64,000 nt of DNA, taken from Vitrella brassicaformis CCMP3155. Its lineage: Eukaryota; Protista; Chromerida. The position numbers and the translations under genes were made by a program. Positions 22,117 to 34,612 of this stretch are shown here, piece by piece. The stretch lies in the NCBI GenBank assembly GCA_001179505.1, contig CDMY01000231.1, positions 62,001 through 126,000 of the forward strand, in the 5' to 3' direction. The notes under the pieces are model-generated. The model saw only the letters and a program-made list of their open reading frames with translations, was not told where the DNA came from and did no database searches. Numbering within the stretch: the stretch's first letter is position 1; each line of letters begins with the position of its first letter.

Positions 22117-25100
22117 CTACATAAGAGGCAGCCGGCCAGCTACATTATATTTCCTCCTGCTCCTCCTCGAGTGAGCCATGGTCGCCTCTCTGGCCACCGA
22201 AGGACGCACGGCCAGGCCGACAACCCGCAGCATCACCACCACTGCCCGTTGACGGCCCGGCGATGTGCTCCTCGGACGCGTGAGGCTGCATGGACTGGGA
22301 GTGGCTGCGGGAGGTCCGCTGCTCACCGGCACACTGAAAGGGGCAGGCAGGCAGGCAGGCAGGCAGCAAAAATGGGAATGTATCTGTTGGTGGGTGGGTG
22401 GGTGGTGGGTGGATGGTGGCTGACCGGGAGTGCGGATGTGAGAATGGGTTGTGCGTTAGAGAATAGGAGGGAGGAGTCTTCGCCGAACATGATGCCGCCA
22501 CGACGACGCCACTTGAGCTCAGACCTCTGACACAATGCAGCACACAGAGAGATCAGGAGCCGTTGTGTGTCGCAGCTTCTGTGTCTCTTGGTCGGCTCTC
22601 ACCAGAGTGCGAATGCTGTCGCGGGTGCGGTCAAGCTGATGCTGCGGAACACACAATATTATGCCGCACACACACAACGACACATCACGTCATGTCTCTT
22701 TTTTCTCCCGTCTGTCTCTCCCTGGTGTGTGCGTCACCAGCAGGGCCTTCTCCATGGCTATCGTCTCCTCAAGTCGGTCCTGCTCCACACACACGCATGC
22801 AGGCCGAGAGGGAGGATGAGACGGCCGTCTCTTTGCACCCACCCACCTTGATCCTATGAATATTCATCTCTCCTCCGCCATACCCGCCGCTCAACCCGCC
22901 CCTCTCCGTCTTCTCGCCACCCTTCAGCCCCTCCTTCTGCTCAGCCATGCCAGTGACCATGGTGGGCATGGTGGCCGTGACTAGGTCGACCTTCTCCCAC
23001 TCGCTATCCTCCTGGTCCTCAACCATGCTCGGACGAGTGCTGGGGGTCGTGTTGCTCTGACCAGACGGCACACGACGGGCCGCCGTGTTGATGGTGGCGG
23101 ACGCCGCTGCTGCGGCTGTGCTGGCAGGGTATGTCGGTGGGAGTCGGAAGCCGGGGTAGAGTGTGTTGCGGTGTGGCGTGGGCGGGCTGTACTGGGCGAT
23201 GCTGCGGGCTGACGGGGGCTGGAAGGTCTGCACCTGCGCGTCACGGCTGCCCGACATCATAATGCCGACCTGATAGATGGATGGGAAGGAGACACAGAGG
23301 AGCATCGCGGGTCAATGGATGGCCTGCGTCCCTGTCTGATTACCTGTGTGCTTTGGTGGATGAGGTCCGTCTGTGTCTCTGCAGCCACACCCACCAGACC
23401 CGCAGCTGTAGCCGCAGCAGCACTGGCGGAGCGGTTGTTCTGCTCATAGAGTGTGTTGTAGAGGTCGGTATTTTCATTGGTGACCTGCGCCAGCTGCTCC
23501 GCCAGCAGACGCTCGCGATCCGTCGGGCCGCTCTGCAAGTGACGAACCTATACAACAACAGCCGCACCCTTGAGGACGGCCCGGTGGGCGTCGGTCAGCC
23601 ACTGACCTGGTCTTCCAGTGCATGCGTCTTTTCAGTGAGGGCGTCGATGACAGTCTGCAGCTCCTGGTGGGTGAATGGACAAGGGAATGAGACACAGAGA
23701 GAGACATGGAGGGACGGAGTGTGTGTGGTGAGTACCTCTTCGGTCTGTTGTTTCTTGTGTCGCAGGTCTTCGATCTGCACCTTGAGCTCCTGGTCTTGGT
23801 CGCCACCACCTAGCACCAACTCCAATCGCTGCAGACACAGAGAGAGAGATACCCAGATAGCACTAGTGGCACATGAGGAGAGAGTGTAAGCCTGCCGTCT
23901 GCAGCTTGGCCCTCTCAGCTTCCAGGCTCTCGATCTGCTTCGCCAGAACCGCCTACACACACACGTATGCAACGGGGCAACATGTGTGTGAACTGCAGTA
24001 GGCAGGTATGGCGGTTGTCTTTCCTCTCTCTGCCCACACCACACACCTACCTCGTCCCGCTCGGTCTTCCTGAGCTGCTCTAGATGTCTCGCCTCCGCAG
24101 CCGCAAGTTGCTGAACAAACGAACGAAGGAGACGCGATATCCGTGTGTGTGTGTTGATGCCTCTGTATCTTTCCCGCTGACCTCTCTAAGCCTTTCAAAT
24201 TCCTCCCCATGATCGCCGCCCCCACTCACCCCCTCCCCGTCTGCCGCCCCAGTGGTCTGCGTGACCGCACTGGCCAGTTCAGGTCTGCTGGCGAGCGTCT
24301 GCTGCAGCTGGTGCACCTCGTGCTGCAGCTGGTTCTGGAGGATGGTCTTCTCCTGCTGCACGGCGTCCAGCTGGGCGCGGATGCGCTGGAGCTCGTTGAC
24401 CGCGTCGTCGTAGCGGTCCTGCAGCTCGCGGATGCCATGCTTCAGACGCTTCTCCGACTGCATCCATGGATGGTACATCCATGTGATGGGCAGATGGACA
24501 GAAACTCTTATGTGTGAGAGAGGTACCTACCTGTGTCCTCTCCTGTTTGAGTGTCTTGATTTGTGCCTTGAGGTGATCCTCGCTGGCCTCCCGTGTGGCC
24601 TTGATGGTGGCCAACTCGCGACCGTGCTCCTCAATAGCGCCCTCAAACTGAACACACACACACATGAGACACACACAGAGACGTGGATGTATTGCATTGT
24701 GTTGGGTGAAGACACCTCCTTTTGCATTTTGGTCATGGCGGCCTCGTGGGCGTCCCGGTGAGCCTGACGGACAGACAGGTGGATGCAGAAGAAATGACTG
24801 GATGCCATGAGGGGTGCGGCCCGGGGCAGTGCTGTCACCTGAGCCTCCGCTAGCTGGTCGAGAACACCCTGGTGTTGCGCCCGCAGCTGGGAGAGCTCAT
24901 CACCAGCAGACAATACATCAACCTGCGAAGCAACAACATTGTCGTCAGTTTTCTGTTTGCGGTGGCGGTCGACTCTTGCTTGTCTCACCTGTCTGCCCTC
25001 GACACCATCGGTGCCCTCTTGCGCGGCATCGTTGGACAGTGTCTCCAGTTCTCGGATCCTATTCTTCATGTCAGCGGCCCTCTGGCGAAGGTTGGCCACC

Positions 25101-26641
25101 TCGGCCTCCAGCAGCCCCCTCTCGATCTCCCACACCGACAAATCGTCTCCATCCATGCTCGTGAAGCTACAATCAACAACACAACACAACACAACACAGC
25201 AACGGCATTCACAGGCATAGGGTATGGTGATTGTTGGTGTCGGAATGCCGACCTATCTCTCAGGTTTGGTTTTGTCTGCGCTATCATGAGTTTAGCCGGG
25301 GTCCGTGCATCCGGCGAGGGGCGAGGGGGAGTGAACTCAGGCATCGGAGGCAGCAACCCTGAATTGAATGCACACGGAGAAAAACACCCTGACCATTGAC
25401 ACGAGGACAATGCACCCTCGTTCGACTTACCTTTGCCATGGGTGTGTTTCTGGCCCCCCTCCCCGTCGCGGCACGTCACTCCTCCATCCCCTTCTCCCTC
25501 TGCCGCCCCCGCCCCCTCCACACGAGCCGTGTCCGGCCGCTCCCCCCTCACATCGCACTGGCTCGCCCAACGCTGAGGCGACAACACCCCAAGCGACGCA
25601 AACGGCCCCCCAGCCCCCTTCCTCGGAGGACTCTCCGTGAACTGGCTGCTGGTGGATGACGGACTGCCGTCCGGGAGCGCTGGCAACGATGCAGACGGGG
25701 AGCCGAAGGATGGGGCCTTGCCGAAGAGGAATCGGCCGAGCGGCTGCGGGCCCTGCGGGAGCAGGGGGCGTGTGAGTGATGAGTTGGTGGCCGCCACGGG
25801 AACAGAGGCCGTCGAGAGCGACGGGGAAACGCCAGACTGCAGCATGTCGATGGGCAGATGCGAGCCATCACCATCCTTTCCACTATCACCGCCACGTGAA
25901 GAACCTGTAAACAGATCAGGGAAGAAGGAGGAATGACAGAGATCGGACACATCATATTATGCAATAGACAAGCTTTCTGTCCCCACCAGCAGAGTCTGTG
26001 ACGAGCCTCCTCAGCCCCTCGACGCCCTTGGCCAGCCCGCCCAGCGCCCCCTTGAACCCCACCCCTCCACCATGCCTCTTGCCGCCGTCATCCCTTCCCT
26101 GCCGGTGGTGCGGCCGGGCGCTGGATGGCGGTGAGGAGCCCTCCCGCCATGTGGGTGAGGCTGACATGAAGGGATTGCTGTGTGCATGCGGCTGGCGGTC
26201 GGTGCGCGGCGAGATGGCCAGGGACTGCCGACGGGCATCTTCGATGGAACGCTTCAGTGCAGAGATCCAGCTGAAGGAATGGATAACATTAGATAACATG
26301 GACAATGCGGCCTTTCCTGCCTCCCTCCCTCCCTGCGGTGCGTATGCTCACTTTTGTTTATCTTCGAGCGTTTCAGCCGCCAGGATGATGACGTGGGTCT
26401 TGAGAGCGAGGGCGAACATGTGGTCGAACGAGCCGCCCGTGGAGCTCTGCACCGCCCCGGTGGGCGGCAGGTCCACCGATTCCACCATCTTGCGGCTGTC
26501 GCCCTCACCGTCATTGCCCTTGGTGAGCTGGTACAGCATCAGGCGGTGGTCATCATGCAGCTCCCCGTACAGCAGCTTCCATCGGAGGGACTTAGAGGAC
26601 CGCTTGTACAGCGGGCCGTGCATCTGGACACGGCCCGACAT
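22117..26641 (-). CDS. PH-domain plus long coiled-coil protein; 3' end approximate
   Basis: N-terminal MSGRVQMHGPLYKRS...HMFALALKTHVIILAAETLEDKQK|WISALKRSI is a typical PH domain. Downstream exons are heptad/Glu-Gln-rich (LEAEVANLRQRAADMKNRIRELE; LQDRYDDAVNELQRIRAQL). Confidence 0.75.
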
Positions 26642-26740
26642 GGTGGATGGATGTCCTTGCGATGGAGTGAGAAGTGAAGTCACCTCTTGCTCGCCCTCTC
26701 GCCCCGCCCGTAAATCCCCTATGAAACGGCGCCTGGACCT

Positions 26741-27290
26741 ATGAAAGTGCATTTGGAGTTCAGGTGAGATGCAGTTTTGAGTGCACTCTCAGTCCCATTC
26801 AACGATCTGCCTTCGTGTGTCCTCCCTTTGTCCACACACACAGTGGTGGCCTTGAGTTGCTGTTCGGCAAGAAGAAGCAGCTCACGCTGGAGCTGGACCA
26901 GGAGACCATAGGTCAGCACAGTCTGTCTGCACACAGACACGTGCACCACACGCACCGCCGGGTCAGGCACGTACGTGTTCCCTCTCTCGTCGGGTGTGTG
27001 TGTGTGGTGCGCACAGGCATCTTGCCGCTTATTCAGCACATTCGGGACCATCTGTTGAAGGAGAGACCTGAGCTGTTTGTCGTCGGCAACTCTGTGTGAG
27101 CAAGAGAACGAGAGAACGGGAAAATCACATGCATCCTCTATCTTCCCTTGTGTGTGCCTGTCCCTCTGTCAGTCGTCCGGGCATTCTGGTGTTGATAAAC
27201 GACTGCGACTGGGAGCTGGAGGGCGGCACGGAGAGCATCGTGAGGGATGGCGACAAGATCTGCTTCATATCGACCCTACACGGCGGATAG
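26741..27290 (+). CDS. URM1: Ubiquitin-related modifier 1
   Basis: MKVHLEFS|GGLELLFG...[14 protein letters not shown]...[17 protein letters not shown]...[14 protein letters not shown] is the Urm1 signature with C-terminal GG. Confidence 0.95.
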
Positions 27291-27322
27291 AGAGAAAGAG
27301 CGACGCCCACGTGTTCATCCTG

Positions 27323-28527
27323 ATGGCCCACCCTTTGCCGATTGAGCTGTGGCACGAGCGTGTGGCACCCTGCCTGCCAATTACTGACTTGATGGCCCTC
27401 CGCGCATCGTCTCGGGCAGTCGGCAGCTCGGTCATCACTGTGGCTTTGCTCCAGGGATCGACGCATCCCTCGCCCGCCACTCGCTCACTGGCCTCGTCGA
27501 CGTCGCTTACCGCCAACCAACGCCTGCTCGTGGATGTGGATGGACTCGGGCGCTGCTCGCATTCGCCCGTCGCGCTCGTCGAGTGCTGCGCGTCCCCACC
27601 ATGACTCGTTTCGGCTATTTCCTGCGAGTGGCTTGTGTGCTGGAGGAAGGCGACAGGGAGTGGCGGGTGATGGGTATGATCATCAGACTGGCGAGCACTT
27701 ATCGGCTGACGGCGCACACGACCATGCCCGTCGTGCTGTGGCCGCACTGGGTGGGCCGTCATCTGCCCAGCAAGGCGGCTCTTCACCAGATGCCTCTTAT
27801 GATGGCCATCTATCGGCTCATCGGCCACCGCCTCAGATACCAACCGGGCTTACACGGGAATGAGCAAGAGGTCAGGCTGGCCCCCCTGCGACGGACCAAG
27901 AGCGGCGACTTCCGGATCGGCGAGAATGCGTTTCGTGTGGTGCCATCAGAAGACCTTCCTCCCGGCCACCGTTTTGCTGACTGCTACAGCCGGCGAGATC
28001 CCGTCATCCGCACATGGGGAGACCGTCTGTATCCCTCTCTCTCGTCCTTGCTGCTGTCGAGACTTGCCCAGTGGAGCCTGCAGAGCCTCAATGGGGTGTT
28101 TGTCTTCATCATCAGCAAGCAAGACGGCCGCTATCGCTCTCTGTTCAGCGACGATATCGGCGAGGAGGAGGGCATCGCCGTGGACCCTGAGGATTGCCGC
28201 CCACTATCCATCGGGAAGTCTTCCGGCCAGCTCATCTTCGTCAGCGGCTTCAGGCCACACGAGACCACCGCCGTTTCTTTGAAGGCGGGTGCCGAAGTGG
28301 GCAGCTGCGGACAGGTCCTCGCGTACACAACCGAGGTGCCTGCTGCTGAGGAATCATCTCCATGGGATGTCCGCTTCCCGCTGTCAGCGCCGCCGCTGCG
28401 TCGGATACTCAGACGCTTTGGTCTGGAGAGTGAGATCAGCAAGACCGTGTCGTTGTATCAGGGGATGTGTAATGAACTTATCAGAGGCGACATATATTTA
28501 TCGACCCGTGTGTTTCCAGACTGTTGA
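27323..28527 (+). pseudogene. Intronless lineage-specific F-box-like family member with a 1-nt frameshift at ~27455
   Basis: The F-box-like start MAHPLPIELWHERVAPCLPITDLMALR..ITVALLQ is in one frame; the continuation IDASLARHSLTGLVDV...FGYFLRVACVLEEG to the stop at 28527 is in another. No intron signals at the junction. Confidence 0.6.
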
Positions 28528-28685
28528 TGAATCAAACCAGCTGCATGTGAATGAATCTTGTTTGATGATGTCTTCTGGTCCTTGCCCTGCTCCGCCCTCC
28601 TCCTTTCATGTCGGAGAACCCGCCACTGCGAGCTTAGCCGGAGGGAAGACCTCGAAGGAGCGGATCTGCCTTCTGCAATAACGCC

Positions 28686-31010
28686 ATGCAGAGGAGCAAA
28701 TGCTTTCGTCAACGTCCACTCATCCATCTTGCTCTCTGTCAAGCCCTTCTCGCCTTTTGCCGCCTTAACCCCTTGTCGGCTTTCCAGCCGCACAATGCAC
28801 TGCCCATCGGCCGCTCTCTGGCCCCGTCGGCCCACCAATCGCGGCAACATCGTCCGAGGAATGGCGCCTTGTTAACCACGCTGCCGCTCTCGGCAACACT
28901 GAGTGTCGAGAAGCCCGGCTCCGACACGCAAAGTGACGCCAAAGCAGCTGAAGAGGCGGCTCGCGTGACCGTCAGGATATCTGAGTCTGAGAAGTGGGTG
29001 GTGTCTTCTGAGCTGTGGGAGAACTTCGGTATGGTCGAAGGGGAGGAAGATCGGTACCTCCCTACGCAGCGGACGAGCGAGAATGCACCGTGGGTGCGCG
29101 TGAAGGCGTTTGTGGCAACAGTGATGAAGAGTGAGGGCGACTTTGCAGTGGGCGAAGAGGTGATTGGCTACGAGCAGCCGGGAACGCCCAAAGGTGAGGG
29201 AGGGACTGCCCCCTTGCGCATTCACTCTCTCTTCTGTCTGTCTGTTTCCGTGAGTGCCTGCAGTGTTGGATGACCTGTCTGTGCTGCCTTCCAGCCTTGT
29301 GAGGAAGCCAAAATCCCTCACACGCAGACAAGCAGGTAACGTACACGTGCTACGCAGACAGGCAGACAGACAGGAATCACGCAACAAGGTCACCCACCCA
29401 CGGAACACTGTCCCTGTCATCCCTCCCTCTTCAGTGCTGCTTCCCCTCCTCGCCATCACGGCGGCGGCCGTCCTGGCCCACTTCGCCAGACAGCCGAGCG
29501 TCCTCAGGCCTCTGAGAGGAGGCGCACGCGCTGCCAGCAGCACCAAGCCCTTCGCTGCCGACGTGTCCCGGCCAGAGCCGATATCGTTGCCGCCGGGTGT
29601 GGTGTTCGAGATGGGCAAGGGGCTGGAAAGCGTCAAGGGTGTGCTACTGGGGCTCAGCGCCACCAACACCTTCCTGTGCCAGATACTCCACCTGCTCGGC
29701 GCGCACGTGTCCATTGTGGGAGCGGACAAAGTCGACGGACAAGTCAAGTACTAAGTGACGTGACGCAGCACAGCACAGCACAGCAGACGAGTCATCAAGT
29801 CATCACAGACAGCACATGCCATGCCGCCTGTCCTGTCTGTTGGTGGCATCAGGTATCGGTGGGGCCAGCTAGGTGCGGATGGTGGGGTGTATGACGTGCG
29901 GGATGGAGTGGACTTCGAGGACGCTGCGGGCGGGACGCCGTCATTCGTCATCGATGCGGTGGGCAGGGAACCAGACGACGTCCAGGAAGCCGTCACTCGG
30001 GTAGCTACAAAACACAACCGCAAGACGACCAAACCAAACCACGAGCAAGGACCACTTTCTCCCTCCTGTCTTCCTTCCCTTTTGTCTGCAGTCCTGGAAC
30101 GCCCGCTATCTGTCCACAGCCCCATCAGCCCTTCTTGAGGCAGCTGGGGGCGGCCTCGCTTCCGCATTCGGCAGCGTCATCTCCATTTTGGCCAAGAAGA
30201 CCGACGCCTCTGAGCCAAAGATGGCCGGTCGTGTGAGGAATTGGACGCCGAGCACGTCTGCTGTGGGCGCGCTGCGGTGGGCTGCTGATCTGGTGGAGAG
30301 CGGGAGGGTGAGGGAGCTGCCTGAACGGCTCGTGCAGTCGCGGGACTACTTTGAGGCTCTCTCCTGGCCCAGTGACTCCGAGAGCTTACAGCGGTTCGGC
30401 TTCCCGGCGCTCTCACAGACCCAAAGCATGAGGAATTTAGGTGAGAAGAAAGCGATGTGGATATTCACGATTGCAGTCCGTGTGTGTGTGCGCCTGCAGG
30501 TCTTGACATCATCAGCCCAGATGCTCCCAAGTCATTGTGGGGCGACGTGGAGACCCTCGAGGAGGGTGAGCAGCCCCTCCTGTGGGCGCACGACGTCATC
30601 GACCTGGAGGAGCGTATCGAGGCCACCAACATCACACCGCTTGTCGTCTTCGCAACCGCATCATGGTGGGCGTGCGGCACCCGCATCACAACGCTCCACA
30701 GCGAATCGAGGGATGTGCGTCTTTGTCCTTCTTGCTTGGCTTGTTCAGGTGCCAGGCCTGCAGGGCCCTGCGCCCCACGGTGCGGCAGCTGGTGCGAGAC
30801 TTCCCCGGCGTCAAGTGGGTGTGTGTGGACATCGACAACCCCGAGGATGTGCCGCGGAGTGTGGCTTTGAGGAAGGCGATTGACGTCAAGGTGGTCCCGT
30901 CATTCCAGATGTACAGGAAGGGCGAGAAGGTGGATGAGATCGAGACCACAGACAAGACCGTCCTGGCCAGGACCATCGGCAACCTACTCAAGGACCATAA
31001 GAAGGCATGA
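28686..31010 (+). CDS. Plastid-targeted MDR/quinone-reductase-like protein fused to a C-terminal thioredoxin (WCQAC)
   Basis: Signal ending LSA|FQP plus a Ser/Arg-rich transit peptide; GroES-like (DFAVGEEVIG) and Rossmann-like (ILHLLGAHVSIVG; FVIDAVG) segments; spliced FATASW|CQAC, VCVDIDN and VVPSFQMYRKGEKVDE. Confidence 0.75.
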
Positions 31011-31016
31011 GTGGGG

Positions 31017-31316
31017 NNNNNNNNNNNNNNNNNNNNNNNNNNNNNNNNNNNNNNNNNNNNNNNNNNNNNNNNNNNNNNNNNNNNNNNNNNNNNNNNNNNN
31101 NNNNNNNNNNNNNNNNNNNNNNNNNNNNNNNNNNNNNNNNNNNNNNNNNNNNNNNNNNNNNNNNNNNNNNNNNNNNNNNNNNNNNNNNNNNNNNNNNNNN
31201 NNNNNNNNNNNNNNNNNNNNNNNNNNNNNNNNNNNNNNNNNNNNNNNNNNNNNNNNNNNNNNNNNNNNNNNNNNNNNNNNNNNNNNNNNNNNNNNNNNNN
31301 NNNNNNNNNNNNNNNN
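31017..31316. other. Assembly gap (300 N)
   Basis: Run of N. Confidence 1.
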
Positions 31317-31846
31317 GGGGGGCGATCGGTCGGTGTACAGAGGGAGGGAGGGAAGATGATGGACGGTGGGGGGCTGGCTAGTTGGCTGGCTGAGCTGGCT
31401 GAGAGTGAGTGTTATGCCACAGAAGCCAGCCAGGGGTTGTACTGTGTGTGTGGGTTCGTCGGGAGTGTGCATACGCATATTTGTACTCGCTGCTGCCTGC
31501 CTTCTCTTGTCTCCTCTTTCTCTCTGCTCTGCTGCAGTGTTTTTCCTCTGTCTGCGAATGAAAGAAAGATGCTGTCTCCCCTGCCCTCTCCCCTTGCCAC
31601 TAACTAACTCTGGCTGGCTATCCTGTTGTCAACCCGTGCTTGCTTGCTGTAGCTATTTTTCTCTTCCTGCCTGCCTCAATGCATCCATCCATCCAGTCTC
31701 TCATACATACCCCATCCATCTATCCATCTCAGCTGAGCTGTAGTGTCCTGGGATAGAGGGCCAGAGGGCGAAGTCAGGGGCAGGCAGTGCACGTTCGTAC
31801 GTCTGGTGTGCATGATCGATCGATCGATCAACCCGCCGATTTTCCA

Positions 31847-32001
31847 GCGTCACGGCAGCCAGGTGGGGAGTTTTATGTCTGAATGAATGTGACTGAGAAG
31901 GGCTGGGCGATATTTCTACTTGCGCGTCACGGCAGCCAGGTGGGGAGTTTTATGTCTGAATGAATGTGACTGAGAAGGGCTGGGCGATATTTCTACTTGC
32001 G
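31847..32001. repeat. Perfect 77-bp tandem duplication
   Basis: GCGTCACGGCAGCCAGGTGGGGAG...TTTCTACTTGCG occurs twice with period 77. Confidence 0.9.
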
Positions 32002-32228
32002 AGACAGACCTCTCGTGGGCACTCAATTCAGCGAATGGAACACGTCTTGTGGGTCCGGTGTGTGTCTCTCCCTCCCGCTTCCCCGCCCGACATCCCCATC
32101 ATACTCACATGACACAAAAAACCGCTACAGCGGCACGAGACGGAAAAACTGCTACCACACGGCGGCTGGGCTGCTTCGTCAGCCACACACCGACCAAGGG
32201 ACAACTACAGAAAAACTCGGCCCCATCC

Positions 32229-33581
32229 TCACCGGCACGTGCCCACAGTGGTGAGGATGCGCCTGGGGGGGTCAAAGGGCTTCCGCGCATGTGCACACGC
32301 CAAGTTATCGACAAAGAGGATGTCCCCCTCCCGCCAGGCAAACATCACATAGTTGCGCCAGTACGCCCGCACAATCAAAAACAGGTCGAGCAGCCCTATC
32401 TCAGAGCCGTCGGCGTACGTGGCCCACAGCAGGCACTGCATTGGGAAGAAACGCAGCACCACCACTTGCAGCACCCACATGCACAGCAGCACCAGCAGGA
32501 CGGCAATGTCGCGAAGGCGCCAAGTGTGGCTGGCGAGGAAGAAGGCGTCACAGACGTTGCCGAATGGATGGAGGAAAGGGAAGAACCCGCCCAGGGCTGT
32601 CTCCTCGTCCCCACCGCCGCTGGCCGCGGGCACCAATGTCGTTGCCGGGAATGTGTTCTTGAGGAGGCAGTCTCCTCCTCGCTTGCCGTCGACCCACTCG
32701 AGTTCGACTTTGTCTTGTTTGCATGCGTCCTCCACCTTCTGGGGGTCCCCGTCGGTGTCGAAGGTGTCGCGCCACGTCTTGGTCTTGCGGCCCAGCGAAC
32801 GGGCATCGAACACCCTGATCGATCGACCAATGGCAGAGGAAGGGAGATAGATGTGTCCTTTGATCCGATTGGTATCGCTGACAAAGTGACTGACTGACCT
32901 TTTGCTCTCTGCGTCGCCTCTGCGGACAGCCGTGAAGCCTCCCTTCCGCTCAAGCTTGGCTTGCAGCCAGAGGGGCAGATCTTTCCACACGAGGCTCAGG
33001 CGCGCGATCGGCGTTTCGCCGCCCCAGGCACACGCCCGCTCACAGAAGAAGATAATGCAGTCAGGCCGCAGACTGCACACAGGGAGGACGTGACATAGTC
33101 AACACATGAAGCCTCTTTCTGTTTGGTCAGTCAGCGTACGCGGGGGTCTCGGCCAACTCCGCATGAGCAGCTATGGGGAGGTAGTGCGGCAGCTCAGTGG
33201 ACGTCCACACGTGCTTTGTGATGCGGTTGCGAGGCGCATTTCCTGCAGGCAGGCACGTGACGTGACGTCCACTTATTTTTCTCACACATCCATTCATTCA
33301 TTCATGCATCTCATCCGTCCGTCCTCTGACGCGGTGTGTGTGTTGGTGACCTGACCTGGGTATCTGTCGAGCAGCATCGGGCACAGGGCCAGCGCCGCCT
33401 TCTCGAAGCTGACGGCGTCAGTCACATGGAAGCCCCGTACCAGCAAGGCGCCGGACTGGTTCCACAGGGCCTTCAACTCATTAGTGTTGTCGTGCAGCAG
33501 GCGGCAGAGGTGCTCGACCGAGAGATCTGGCTCATCTGCAGCAGGCGACAAGACCACGCCGAGATGCTTGTCCAGAGCCAC
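32229..33581 (-). CDS. TauD/TfdA (SyrP-like) Fe(II)/2-oxoglutarate dioxygenase
   Basis: GALLVRGF, spliced IAAHAEL (H-x-E), IIFFC..GGETPIA and WREGDILFVDNLACAHARKPFDPPRRIL. Confidence 0.85.
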
Positions 33582-34011
33582 CTAGGTCAGCCCCTTGAGC
33601 GGAATAGCAGCTTCTTTCATGACACCCTTCGAGCCAAACCACTGTGTTGATCTAGACCATCTCCACCGTATGGCCTAGGCAGAGCACAAGACAACCAACT
33701 GCAGCCTCCTCAGAAAACCACTAGGGTTTCAGGGTTCATGCACCTCGGGTTTTACGTCTCAGGATTAGGGTCCGTCCCAGGTCCCCTCTCGAATCTAATT
33801 TCTCTCTCTGTCCCGGGGGCGGTCCCAGGGCCCTTCCGCAGTTCTCTCTGCGGGAGGTCGCCTTTCCCAAATTCGTGTCGCACAATCCGCCGCTCCCGTC
33901 GCTGTTCTGGATCAGTCAAGCAGATCTTGGTCCTCGCCTGGTGAATCAAGACCAATTGATCAAGACCCGCCGCTTTGCGCGACAGCCCTCGCAGCACAGC
34001 CACGTCACATC

Positions 34012-34612
34012 ATGCCATCCTATCCCTCCGTTGGGCAGCCTTCCACCGCTGCACCGGCGTACGATGCGCCCCAGACGACGCCGGTTGTTGCGACGCCGGT
34101 TGTTGTCGGCCAGCCGGTGGCGACGAGTGATCCCACGTATGCGCAGATGGTGCAGGACACGACAGACAAGCCCGAGGGTACCGGCGAGCCGCAGCATGTG
34201 CAGCCGCAGACGGTGCAGCCGCAGTTGGGTGGTGCTCATGTGATCAACGTGCCCGCGGTGGTGGTGTACGATCCGCGACATGAAGATGACAGGTCGTGCA
34301 TGCTCGGCTGTGCACAGGTGGGGAGGGAGGCAGGGACGGTGGGAGGGAGGGAGGAACAGGACAGGCAGACATTTCTTTCCCTTATGTGCAATATACATCA
34401 ATGTTGTGTTATGGTGTGTTGTTGTCCATCAGGTGTCGTGCATGTTGTCGGTATTCTTCCCCATTGTTGGGTGCATCGCTTTCTGTGCGAATCTGGACGC
34501 CAAGGAGGGGTCCGAGAGGTACAAGTGGGCCCGCCGCTGCCTCCTCGTGGCCATCGTCATGATCGCACTGGCAATCCTTTGGCGGGTCATCGTGTACATG
34601 ACCTTAAGCTAG
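34012..34612 (+). CDS. Small two-TM membrane protein with a Pro/Gln-rich N-terminus (dispanin/CYSTM-like architecture)
   Basis: Exon 34012-34317 joins in phase to VSCMLSVFFPIVGCIAFC...ARRCLLVAIVMIALAILWRVIVYMTLS*. Confidence 0.65.

Noticed and set aside
31847-32001. 77-bp perfect tandem duplication as a functional element
   Set aside because: Non-coding, about 500 bp from a scaffold gap and perfectly identical; may be an assembly artefact. Listed only as a repeat.
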